Positions 22,122 to 32,162 of a stretch of 33,048 nt of DNA are shown in pieces. The DNA lies in contig NC_057756.1 in assembly GCF_004010195.1 (NCBI RefSeq), positions 9,724,336 to 9,757,383 on the forward strand. Reading direction: 5' to 3'. The notes under the pieces are model-generated. The model was not told the DNA's origin, searched no databases, and worked only from the letters and a program-made list of their open reading frames with translations. Position 1 is the first letter of the stretch, and each line of letters begins with the position of its first letter. Source of the DNA: Chiloscyllium plagiosum. Its lineage: Eukaryota. The translations under genes and the position numbers were made by a program.

Positions 22122-23258
22122 TCCTCTGCACTGTCCCCCCAATCAGACCCTCCCAGCACAGGGACAGCACGGGGTTAGATACAGGGTAAAGCTCTCTCTA
22201 CACTGTCCCCCCCATCAAACACTCCCAGGACAGGGACAGCACGGGGTTAGATACAGGGTAAAGCTCCCTCTGCACTGTCCCCACCCATCAAACTCTCGCA
22301 GGACGGGGACAGCACGGGGTTAGATACAGGGTAAAGCTTCCTCTACACTGTCCCCCCAATCAGACCCTCCCAGCACAGGGACAGCACGGGGTTAGATACA
22401 GGGTAAAGCTCCATCTACACTGTCCCCCCCATCAAACACTCCCAGCACAGGGACAGCACGGGGTTAGATACAGGGTAAAGCTCCTCTACACTGACCCCCA
22501 ATCAGACCCTCCCAGCACAGGGACAGCACGGGGTTAGATACAGGGTAAAGCTCCATCTACACTGTCCCCCCCATCAAACACTCCCAGGACAGGGACAGCA
22601 CAGGGTTAGATACAGAGTAAAGCTCCCTCGACACTATCCCCATCAAACACTCCCAGGACAGGGACAGCACGGGGTTAGATACAAAGTAAAGCTCTCTCTA
22701 CACTGTCCCCCATCAAATGGTCGAGGTCAGGGACAACATGGGGTTAGATACAGAGTAAAGCTTTCTGTACACTGTCCCACCATCAAACATTCCCAGGAGG
22801 GATGGCACAGGGTTAGATACAGAGTAAAGCTCCCTTTACACTGTCCCCCCATCAAACACTCCCAGGACAGGGACAGCACTGGGTTAGATACAAAGTAAAG
22901 CTCTCTCTACACTGTCCCCCATCAAACACTCCCAGGAAAGGGACAGCACGGGGTCAGATACAGAGTAAAGCTCCCTCTACACTGTCCCCTATCAAACACT
23001 CCCAGGACAAGGACAACACGGGGTCAGATACAGAGTAAAGCTCCCTCTATACTATCCCCCATCAAACACTCCCAGGACAGGGACAGCACAGGGTTAGATA
23101 TAGAGTAAAGCTCCCTCTACACTGTCCCCCATCAAACACTCTCAGGACGCAGACAGATCGTTGTTAGATATAGAGTAAAGCTCCCTCTACACTGTCCCCA
23201 TCAAACACTCCCAGTACAGGGACAGCACGGGGTTAGATACAGAGTAAAGCTCCCTCTA

Positions 23259-23476
23259 GATGGAAATGTGTTGCTGGAAAAGCGCAGCAGGTCAGGCAGC
23301 ATCTAGGGAACAGGAGAATCGACGTTTCGGGCATTAGCCCTTCCTCATTCCTGAAGAAGGGCTAATGCCCGAAACGTCGATTCTCCTGTTCCCTAGATGC
23401 TGCCTGACCTGCTGCGCTTTTCCAGCAACACATTTCCAGCTCTGATCTCCAGCATCTGCAGACTTCACTTTCTCCT
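23259..23476 (+). mobile_element. Penelope-terminus insertion: perfect 83-bp inverted repeat with a 14-bp TSD
   Basis: Arms at 23261-23343 and 23356-23438 with a 12-nt spacer. TSD TAAAGCTCCCTCTA at 23245-23258 and 23477-23490. Confidence 0.9.
23347..23382 (+). ncRNA. Minimal type I hammerhead ribozyme motif
   Basis: ATTC-CTGAAGA-aGGGC-taat-GCCC-GAAAC-GTC-GATT: intact CUGANGA and GAAA, stem II, palindromic ACGT in place of stem III, GUC cleavage triplet, weak stem I. Confidence 0.7.
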
Positions 23477-24171
23477 TAAAGCTCCCTCTACACTGTCCCC
23501 ATCAAACACTCCCAGGACAGGGACAGCACGCGGTTAGATACAGAGTAAAGCTCCCTCTGCACTGTCCCCCATCAAACACTCCCAGGACAGGGACAGCACG
23601 GGGTTAGATACAGAGTAACGCTCCCTCTACACTGTCCCCTATCAGACCCTCCCAGGACAGGGACAGCACGGGGTTAGGTACAGAGTAAAGCTCCCTCTAC
23701 ACTGTCCCCCATCAAACACTCCCAGGACAGGGACAGCACGGGGTTAGATACAGAGTAAAGCTCTCTCCACATTGTCCCCCATCAAACACTCCCAGGACAG
23801 GGACAGCACGCGGTTAGATACAGAGTAAAGCTCCCTCTGCACTGTCCCCCATCAAACACTCCCAGGACAGGGACAGCACGGGGTTAGATACAGAGTAAAG
23901 CTCCCTCTACACTGTCCCCCATCAAACACTCCCAGGACGCGGACAGCACGGGGTTAGATACAAAGTAAAGCTCTCTCCACATTGTCCCCCATCAAACACT
24001 CCCAGGACAGGGACTGCATGGGGTTATATATAGAGTAAAGCTCCCTCTACACTGTCCCCCATCAAACCCTCCCAGGACAGGGACAGCACAGGGTTAGATA
24101 TAGAGTAAAGCTCCCTCTACACTGTCCCCCATCAAACACTCTCAGGACGCAGATAGCACGTGGTTAGATAT

Positions 24172-26476
24172 AGAGTAAAGCTCACTCTACACTGTCCTCC
24201 ATCAAACACTCTCAGGACGCAGATAGCACGTGGTTAGATATAGAGTAAAGCTCTCTCTACACTGTCCCCATCAAACCCTCCCAGGACAGGGACAGCATGG
24301 GGTTAGATACAGAGAAAAGGTGATTGAAATATTTCGGATTCTTAAGGGGCTGGACAGGGTCAATGCTGAGCGGGTATTACCCCCCTCCCCATGGGGAGAG
24401 GCTAGGACCCAGAGTGCCCCGCCTCAGAATAAAGGGGCACCAATTTCAGACAGAGATGGGGAGGGAGAGGTTGGTGGGTCTTTGGAATTCCTTACCAGAG
24501 AGAGCTGTGGGGGGTGGGGGCAGCGTCCTTGTGTATATTGAAGGCCGAGAGAGATTCCCAATCAATCGGGGAATCATTGGAAAGTGGTCATGAGGAACGT
24601 TGGATCAGCCACAATCCCGTGGAAGGGGAGAGCAGGCTCGATGGGCAGAATGGACTTCTCCTGATCCTATTTCCTGCGGCGTTGTGGGTCCCTCTACAAT
24701 TTCTCCCCATCGCTGTGCACAGTACGTCCCTCATTCCAACGCGCCCTCTGCTGTCCTGATAGTGAGGCCAACACGACGATGACATTACAAGGACTGCTTT
24801 ATTGCTACGTGCTTACAAATGAACATGCCACAGAAAGTAAAGACACTATATACACACAGTGGCATTCCGTGTGCAGTCCGGTCTCGCTGCCTGGTGAGGA
24901 ATGCCAGATCTCGGAACACTTACGCACACCAACAGCAGTGGAACTAGGAATAGAACTCACTTGAGAATAGTTTGCAACAGTCACTTAGAAACGTTGTGTA
25001 TCATTAATGCTTACAGGTTAGACGGAGGATCCGCACAGGGATACTGCTGTCCAGCTCAGAGGTTAAAGTCTTACAAAAGCTGCCAAGTGTCTGAACATCC
25101 AATCCATGAGGAGGCCATTCAGCCCCTCTTCCCCCCCAACCATCTTGCCTAGCTTGGCTCCATTCAGAGGCTCACTGATGATGGGACCCAGTATGGTGAC
25201 GAAACATCTGAAAGCGAACCTTCCTGCTCCGCAAGCACGCCAACGTCCAGGCTGGCTCATTTTGGAAAAGCAGCCCCTCCTCCAACTCTCCCTCGCCCCC
25301 TTCAGGGACTGGTATCCACCTGCTGTGAGGATGCCCACAGCCGAATAGCACCGTTACCACTAACCGTGGGAGGCTGTGAATGGGTGGCTGACCATGTGAG
25401 CCAGCCCACCGGGGTTTTGGGCACAGGGCACAGGATCTATTCTCTCACCAACCCTATAGGACTGTGCTTCTCTGCCTCTCCCTTCACCCTCAGCCCCCTG
25501 TCATCTCCTTATCCCTCTCTTTTTCTCTAATGAGAGAGCAGGCCTATGGTCCTCTGGGACACGGGGAAGACTTTTTGCAAAAGACATCCTAAGGAGGTGA
25601 CGAGGGGAGAGAAGGGGGGAGTCGCTTTCCCGTTAGCGGAACTCCGGGAAGAGTTTGAACGTTCTTGCGATTTTTGAGAAGATGTTTCGTCGCTCAGGGT
25701 TGTGGGTACAAGCTGGCAGTCTTACGCTCTGACTGGTGAGGTAACCGAGCGTGGAGACAGAATGGTCTGAGAACAAACATGCCAGCACAGCGGGCAACCT
25801 TACAACCTGCTCTCGGAGTCACTCTTGGAGATCATATTGGCACCAGGAGTGTGTGTGGGGGTGGAGGGGGGGACAGAGACGGGGCACATTCTGATGAAAC
25901 AAATTGTCTTCCCCCCCTCTTCCTGCCCCTCGCCCCCCTCTCCAAATTCACCCGGTGGTCCGCTCAATGGTTTGTCTGCTCAGTTTGGTGGAGAGGTTTT
26001 GTTGGCGATGGATTGGTGGGATGAGGTTGTGGTTTCCGTGAGGTGGGAAGGATTGGGGTGTTGGGGGAAGGGGGCGCGAAGGAGTCAGGGGGACGCGCCG
26101 CACTACCATATCACGGAGTGCGAGGTGGAGGTCTCGGAGTCCGAGATGGCGGAGATGGTGCGCTTGAGTTTCCCAGACTGCCTTCCTGATGCCAACCTCC
26201 CAGTCGGGCAACCGACGTGGGCCAGGAGGCTGAGCACCTCTCGGCGGAACTTGACCCCGATGAAGGCGTAGAGGAGGGGGTTCAGGCAGGAGTGGACCAG
26301 GCCCAGGCTCTGGGTGACCGTGCGGCTGATGTCCAGGACGTTGAGGCCGGAGCAGTCGGGCTGGACGGCGCCCAGGGACTGGAGGGTGTCGACGAAGAGC
26401 ACGGCGTTGTAGGGCAACCAGCAGACGATGAAGACCACCACCAGGGCAACCACCACCTTGAGGGTCTTCTGCCTCT
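24172..26476. repeat. Tandem segmental duplication, copy B
   Basis: Matches 18112-20728. Lacks the 312-bp segment at junction 25420/25421. Confidence 0.95.
24798..24803 (-). terminator. Candidate polyadenylation signal of CXCR3-like copy B
   Basis: Minus-strand AATAAA, homologous to 18738-18743. Confidence 0.5.
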
Positions 26477-27161
26477 CTAGCATGTGAGCACGGCACAGGG
26501 TCTTGAAGATCAGGCAGTAGCAGTACAACATGGCGGCCATTGGCGCAAAGAAGCCAATGATGTGATGGGTGGCGACGATGGTGAGCTTCCAGGCTGCAGC
26601 GCTGTCTGGGTGGAACATGTAGGTGCAGACACTGGTGTTGAGGTAGCTGGAGGTGTACACGTCACGGAAGATGAGATCAACGGTGGCCAGCAGGAGGCAG
26701 AAGGACCAGACCACGATGCAGGTCAGGTGGACGTAGACGGGCTTGCGTTTACGGTACATGTGGATGGCGTGGACGATGGCCAGGTACCGGTCAAAGCTGA
26801 TGCAGACCAGGAAGAGGATGCTGCTGTACAGGTTCAGGGCGAAGATGGCGCCGATCACCTTGCACATGGTGGTGCCAAAAGTCCAACCCATGACCGCCTC
26901 GACTGCCCAGAAAGGGAGGGTGAGGACCAGGAGGAGATCGGCTCCCGCCAAGTGGAGGATGAAGGTGTCTGTGAGAGTCCTTCTCGCAGACCTGAGGCGC
27001 CCGATGATGAGAATTACCATCATGTTGCCCAGAACGCCTAAGAGGAGGACGAGGGAGTACAGGATGGGGACAAAGACTCGCACAAAGTTTTCAACTACTA
27101 TGGGCCTGCACGGTTGGCTAACCATAAGGTCAGAGATATCAAAGTCACCATAGTAGTCTTC
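26103..27161 (-). CDS. cxcr3: CXCR3-like chemokine receptor, main coding exon, copy B (352 aa)
   Basis: Acceptor tttctgtttcttttttaaAG|GAA (phase 0). Reads EDYYGDFDISDLMVSQPC.., TDTFILHLAGAD, DRYLAIVHA, NPLLYAFIGVKFR. The 7TM frame is uninterrupted. Confidence 0.9.
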   Translation of the reverse strand, partial: EDYYGDFDISDLMVSQPCRPIVVENFVRVFVPILYSLVLLLGVLGNMMVILIIGRLRSARRTLTDTFILHLAGADLLLVLTLPFWAVEAVMGWTFGTTMCKVIGAIFALNLYSSILFLVCISFDRYLAIVHAIHMYRKRKPVYVHLTCIVVWSFCLLLATVDLIFRDVYTSSYLNTSVCTYMFHPDSAAAWKLTIVATHHIIGFFAPMAAMLYCYCLIFKTLCRAHMLERQKTLKVVVALVVVFIVCWLPYNAVLFVDTLQSLGAVQPDCSGLNVLDISRTVTQSLGLVHSCLNPLLYAFIGVKFRREVLSLLAHVGCPTGRLASGRQSGKLKRTISAISDSETSTSHSVIW

Positions 27162-27336
27162 CTTTAAAAAAGAAACAGAAAAATAAGTGTTACTTCATGT
27201 CTTTGGGACATCATTCTCCATTTCAATTGTCTCTCTCTGAGCGCCTCCTGAAGGAAGTCTTTGGCAACTTAATTCAGGGGGAGTTTGCCCTTCCACTCCC
27301 TCACTCAGTCCCCCTTATGTGAATCACAGGATCCTG

Positions 27337-28049
27337 ACAGTGTTGAAACAGGCCATTCGGCCCAACAAGTTCACACTGACCCTCCAAAGACTAACCCACC
27401 CAGACTCTTTCCCCTACCTCATATTTACCCCTGACTAATGCACCGAACTTACACACCCCTGGACACAATGGGACAATTTCCCATGGCCAATCCACCCTAA
27501 CCTGCACATCCCTGGGCACTATGGGACAATTTAGCATGACCAATCCACCATAACCTACACATCTCTGGGCACTATGAAACAATTCAGCATGGCCAATCCA
27601 CCCTAACCTGCACATCCCTGGGCACTATGAGACAGTTTAGCATGGCCAATCCACCCGAACCTAAACATCCCTGGGCACTAAGGGACAATTTAGCATGACC
27701 AATCCACCCTAACCTGCACATCCCTGGGCACTAAGGGACAATTTAGCATGGCCAATCCACCCTAACCTGCACATCCCTGGGCACTATGAGACAATTCAGG
27801 ATGGCCAATCCACCCTAACCTGCACATCCCTGAGCACTAAGGGACAATTTAGCATGGCCAATCCACCCTAACCTACACAACTTTGGACTGTAAGTTGTGG
27901 GAGGAACCCGGTGCACCCGGAGGAAACCCACGCAGACACGGGGAGAATGTGCAAACTCTACACAGACAGTCGCCTGATGCTGGAATCGAACCCGGGTCCC
28001 TGGCGCTGTGAGTCAGCAATGCTAACCACTGAGCCACCGTGCCACCCCC
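27337..28049 (-). mobile_element. Full-length HE1/V-SINE-like element with about 8 internal tandem 53-bp units
   Basis: tRNA-like head with A box TGGCTCAGTGG (28036-28026) and B box GGTTCGATTCC (27992-27982). Central domain GTTTGCACATTCTCCCCGTGTCTGCGTGGGTTTCC. Array at ~27446-27875. LINE-like tail TTGGGCCGAATGGCCTGTTTC. Confidence 0.9.
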
Positions 28050-28279
28050 AAGTGGTGAGCCCAAATGTGGAGAGAAGGGTTAAATTCTGAAGGCGAGTTG
28101 AATAAGATCACCTCAGATTCTTTCAGGTCTAAAGGCTAGAGGTCTCATCGCAGGGTTTGAGATGGTCAAAGAGCGCAAGACATTCAAGGGAGGGTCAATG
28201 CTTTCCTCTGTTGGGGGAGGGGAACAAAGGCTTCAGATTTGAGCTAGGCCATCCACAAAGGGCAGTTAAGGGTCAACCC

Positions 28280-28460
28280 TACGGCTGTGGGTCTGGAGTC
28301 ACATGCGAGCCTGACCAGCAGAATCCCTTTCTTAAAGGGAAGCAGGTGGCTGCTTTTCTCACACGGTCATTTAACTCAATTCCAGTTCAAACTCTGCCAA
28401 TCTGTCACCGTGGGATTTGAAACCAGAGTGACCAAAGTGACAAAGACATCACTACCTTAC
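28280..28460 (-). mobile_element. Possible old SINE fragment
   Basis: B-box-like GGTTTCAAATCCCAC on the minus strand plus GTGGGTCTGGAGTCACATG, which I recall from shark SINEs. Heavily decayed. Confidence 0.4.
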
Positions 28461-29614
28461 TGGATATGAGCTGGGGCGCTTTTGAACAGGAGCATCGAGA
28501 GATTTTATAAATAACCTGAAGGAGCCGAGGAAGATGGATTGGATTTGGACGTGCTTTCGATGGATAGCAAGAACACACTCAAGGGGCTGAAAGGCCTCCC
28601 ACAGGCTCCAAAGTTGCGGGGGAAGCAGAGACCGGTTACATGGCCGTGTGGCAGGGAGACGCTGCCGGTGGTAGGGTTTCTGGCACCATATTTGACATCC
28701 GCACACGAATGCGCGTTTACTGGCATATGCCCATGGTACTTCAGGCTGGTGGGGCGGTGCCCACTGCGGGAAGCTGCACCAGTGGCTACAGGAAGGCAGG
28801 GAAACCCCAGAAAGGACAAGCAGGGACATGGCGGCCATTTTGACGGCGGCGTCAAGATGGACTGGCATCGGAGTCTACCCAGGATGCTTCACTTCTCGCT
28901 AGCTCAGTTACAAATGGAATGCAACGGGAACCATTTGATTGCCCTGGAGGCAGTGGGAGGGGCACGTTCACTGACTCAGAACTCGTGAAAGCTTCCCAGG
29001 CTGTCCCATATACCCCCTGTTGACATTGACCCGTGAAATCGAGCCAACGGCACCCCCCTGATGGCCTACATGTGACTTCAGTCCCACTGTTTCTAACTCC
29101 TTCCTGCCTGGCCACAGTTAGCGATTACAGAGAGGCAATGAAGCCCAGAATAGTCTTTAAGTCAAATTAATGATCTTCCTCAGGAACGGGAGGCAGACAG
29201 GAAGGTAAGGGAGAACGGAATCCTCACTCAGTCTCAACCGCAGCGGGATTTGGGGTCCAAATGTTAGGCCTCTGCAAGGGCCATGGGAAAAGCTGGAGAG
29301 GACAGATTCACCCTCAAGGGTTCTGTGGATCAATCAGACCCTTCCAGACGAAGAATTGGAAGTCGAGAGGAGTTTTCCTTTTCCCTCCTTCAGCGATACT
29401 CCATTCCCTGAGGGCTCCAGCGAGAGCAGTAACCGTCCACAAGGGAAAGGGGAAGTTCAGGGTCGAAGGTGGTTGGGGTTAGGGTTTTGGAGCGAGGTGA
29501 CAGACTAGCGTAGCTAAGGCTATTTTAGATCAGGCCTCACTCAAGGGCCCTACTCCTGCTCCTGGGTGGGAGAGCAGCTGAGTGGATCTTCGGAGCAAGG
29601 ACCTTATTGGGCAG

Positions 29615-29722
29615 GAGAAAGTGGGTCAAAACGTGCGGCGCTGGAAAAACACAGCCGGTCAGGCAGCATCCGAGGAGCAGGAGAGTCGACGGTTCGGGCA
29701 TAAGCTCTTCATCAGGAATGGT
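29615..29722 (-). mobile_element. Penelope-terminus fragment with a hammerhead core
   Basis: Reverse complement reads CATTC-CTGATGA-aGAGC-ttat-GCCC-GAACC-GTC-GACTCTCCTGCTCCTCGGATGCTGCC; GAAA is mutated to GAAC. Confidence 0.8.
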
Positions 29723-30239
29723 AAGGCATGCCAAAATTCGGTCAAATCTTCAGGAGGATTAGTTGGGCGGTGGAAGACGAAGAGATTGAAGATTTCACCA
29801 TGGGCTCTCCCTCCTTCCAGAGAGTTGCCAAAGGTCTTCGGAGTAGGGAGTCATCTCAACTTCGAAATGATGCGTTCATCTCATCTTCTGGTCAAGTTCC
29901 TCACTCCATCACCGTGGCGACCGATCTCTCTCTCTCTCTCTCTCCAATATTTCACCGGCTTCTCACCTTAGTGAGGGAGGATTCCAGACACTTCCGGAAG
30001 ATTCCTGAGGGGGCAACACCAGCTACCTCGAAGGCTGTCGTCTGGGAGGGTGTTTGTTGTACCTTCACTAGGCCGGCCTCACACTATCAGGGGGACAGGC
30101 TCCTCTGGCCTGTCACAGCTGATGGGATCGAGTTGTCGGTGAGGTTGATGGGGGTGGGGGTGGGGGGAGGTGTAGTTAGATGCGTGGGTGGCGCAGAAGA
30201 TCAGAAAGAGATGTTTGGGAAAGTGAGCAGTTAATTAGT

Positions 30240-30472
30240 TAAGTCACTGTATTGGGTCGGTTCAGTTTTTCAATAGTTATTCTAAATTCTATTTTCAGTT
30301 GTTCGCGTTTTAAGCATCGGGTTTAAATAGATTCTGTTTTGCTTAAAGCTGAGTGATTTGATGAGCTGTATCACACCTGGAAAATCCACTTACACCCAAC
30401 TTTACAAAAACTGAGGGTCTGAGTTACCTTTGTAAAATATTTTGAGGGAGGGTGTCTGGCCTGGTCAGTATC
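30240..30472 (+). repeat. LTR 3' half related to the Gmr1-type LTR at 6140-7055
   Basis: Colinear motifs GTTATTCT..AAATA..TTCTG..AA.CTGAGTG..CCTG.AA.ATCCACTT..TTGAGGG..GTCTGGCCTGGTC..CA. Confidence 0.7.
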
Positions 30473-30477
30473 AGAGT

Positions 30478-31180
30478 GGGAGAAAGTGAGGACCGCAAGT
30501 GCTGGAGATTAGAACATAGAATATGACAGCGCAGTACAGGCCCTTCGGCCCTCGATGTTGCGCCGCCCTGTCATACCAATCTGAAGCCCGTCTAACCTAC
30601 ACTATTCCATGTACGTCCATATGCTTGTCCAATAACGACTTAAATGTAATTAAAGTTGGCGAATCTACTACCATTGCAGGCAAAGCATTCCATACCCTTA
30701 CTACTTTCTGAGTAAAGAAACTACCTCTGACATCTGTCCTATATCTATCACCCCTCAATTTAAAGCTATTCCCCCTCGTGCTCACCATCACCATCCTGAG
30801 GAAAAAGGCTCTCCCTGTCCACCCTATCTAACCCTCTGATTATCTTATATGTCTCTATTAAGTCACCTCTCAACCTTCTTCTCTCTAATGAGAACAGCCT
30901 CAAGTCCCTCAGCCTTTCCTCGTAAGACCTTCCCTCCAGACCAGGCAACATCCTGGTAAATCTCCTCTGAACCCTTTCCAAAGCTTCCACGTCCTTCTTA
31001 TAATGCGGTGACCAGAACTGTGCGCAATACTCCAAGTGCGGCCGCACCAGAGTTTTGTACAGCTGCAGCATAACCTCATGGTTCCAGAACTCGATCCCTC
31101 TGTTTATAAAAGCTAGAGTCGGGAGTGTGGCGCTGGAAAAGCACAGCAGGTCAGGCAGCATCCGAGGAGCAGGAGAAACG
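30478..31180 (-). mobile_element. Penelope-terminus fragment split by a CR1 LINE insertion (~30514-31113)
   Basis: GGAGAAAGTGAGG..GCTGGAGATTAGA resumes as AGAGTCGGGAGTGTGGCGCTGGAAAAGCAC at ~31115. The insert encodes [36 protein letters not shown]. Confidence 0.85.
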
Positions 31181-31544
31181 GTCATCTGAGCGTTTCACGT
31201 GCGTGCACCAGAATTTCAGGAGGAGCTCAAAGCGAGCTCTCAATGTTTCATAGCCCCGCTAGGGAGCTCGGGATGTCCCGTTGGGTTTGGGTGAAGATGG
31301 GGAATTAAAGAGAAAGGAATCCGCGATGGGGAAACCAAGTTGTGTTTCAGATACACCCCATAGATATTCTGCTGTTGGACTTTCAGAAGTCAATCACTGA
31401 AAAGGCTATTGTGCAAAATCAGAGCTGGGGATTGTAGAGTTATAGAGATCCACCGCTCAGAGAAAGGCCCTTTGGCCCATCACATCTGTGCTGGTCAAGT
31501 TAGGAGGGGGGGTAAACATGCTAATCTGGATACGGGGCTGGCAG

Positions 31545-32090
31545 ACTCACAGAGTCATAGAGATGTACAGCATGGAAACAGACCCTTCAGTCCAACCCGT
31601 CCAACCAGATATCCCAACCCAATCTAGTCCCACCTGCCAGCACCCGGCCCATATCCCTCCAAACCCTTCCTATTCATATACCCATCCAAATCCCTCTTAA
31701 ATGTTGTAATTGTACCAGCCTCCACCACTTCCTCTGGCAGCTCATTCCATACACATATGAGTGAAAATGTTAGGCCTCTTTTATATTTTTCCCCTCTCAC
31801 CCTAAACCTATGCCCCTCTAGTTCTGGACTCCCCCACCCCAGGGAAGAGACTTTGTCTATTTACCCTATCCATTGGCCTAACCAATGTCCTGTACAGCTG
31901 CAACATGACCTCCCAACTCCTGTACTCAATACTCTGACCAATAAAGGAAAGCGTACCAAACGCCTCCTTCACTATCCTATCTACCTGCTACTCCACTTTC
32001 AAGGAGCTATGAACCTGCACTCCAAGGTCTCTTTGTTCAGCAACACTCCCTAGGATCTTACCATTCAGTGTATAAATCCTGCTGAAATTT
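31545..32090 (-). mobile_element. HER1/CR1-like LINE 3' fragment with an internal deletion
   Basis: Tail AGAGTCATAGAGATGTACAGCATGGAAACAGACCC. RT piece TLNGKILGSVAEQRDLGVQVHSSLKV. Confidence 0.85.
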
Positions 32091-32162
32091 ACTTGTCGAA
32101 AACAGATTATGTCTTCAGAAAACATAGCGTGCATGAACAAAACCGAGAACGGCAGATAATGG

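Larger units (their letters stand above)
22122..24312 (+). repeat. 70-bp tandem satellite (about 28 units)
   Basis: Unit AGAGTAAAGCTCCCTCTACACTGTCCCCCATCAAACACTCCCAGGACAGGGACAGCACGGGGTTAGATAC. Confidence 0.97.

Noticed and set aside
24915..25005. Exon 1 for copy A at the minus-strand GTAAGT/GTGAGT donors
   Set aside because: The nearest ATG (25004) reaches TGA before these donors and is phase 2 at the nearer GT. The region also lies in the presumed 3' UTR of copy B.
20355..27161. The two receptors as a pure haplotype or assembly duplicate
   Set aside because: The N-termini, TM1-2, ECL2/TM5 and upstream introns are far too different to be alleles. The near-identical 3' flank still needs read confirmation.
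27975..28049. tRNA gene
   Set aside because: It has A and B boxes but continues into a SINE body and tail, so it is a SINE head.
28452..29480. Overlapping 70-150-aa ORFs in GC-rich sequence
   Set aside because: No recognisable domain; left unassigned (possibly an unrecognised repeat).
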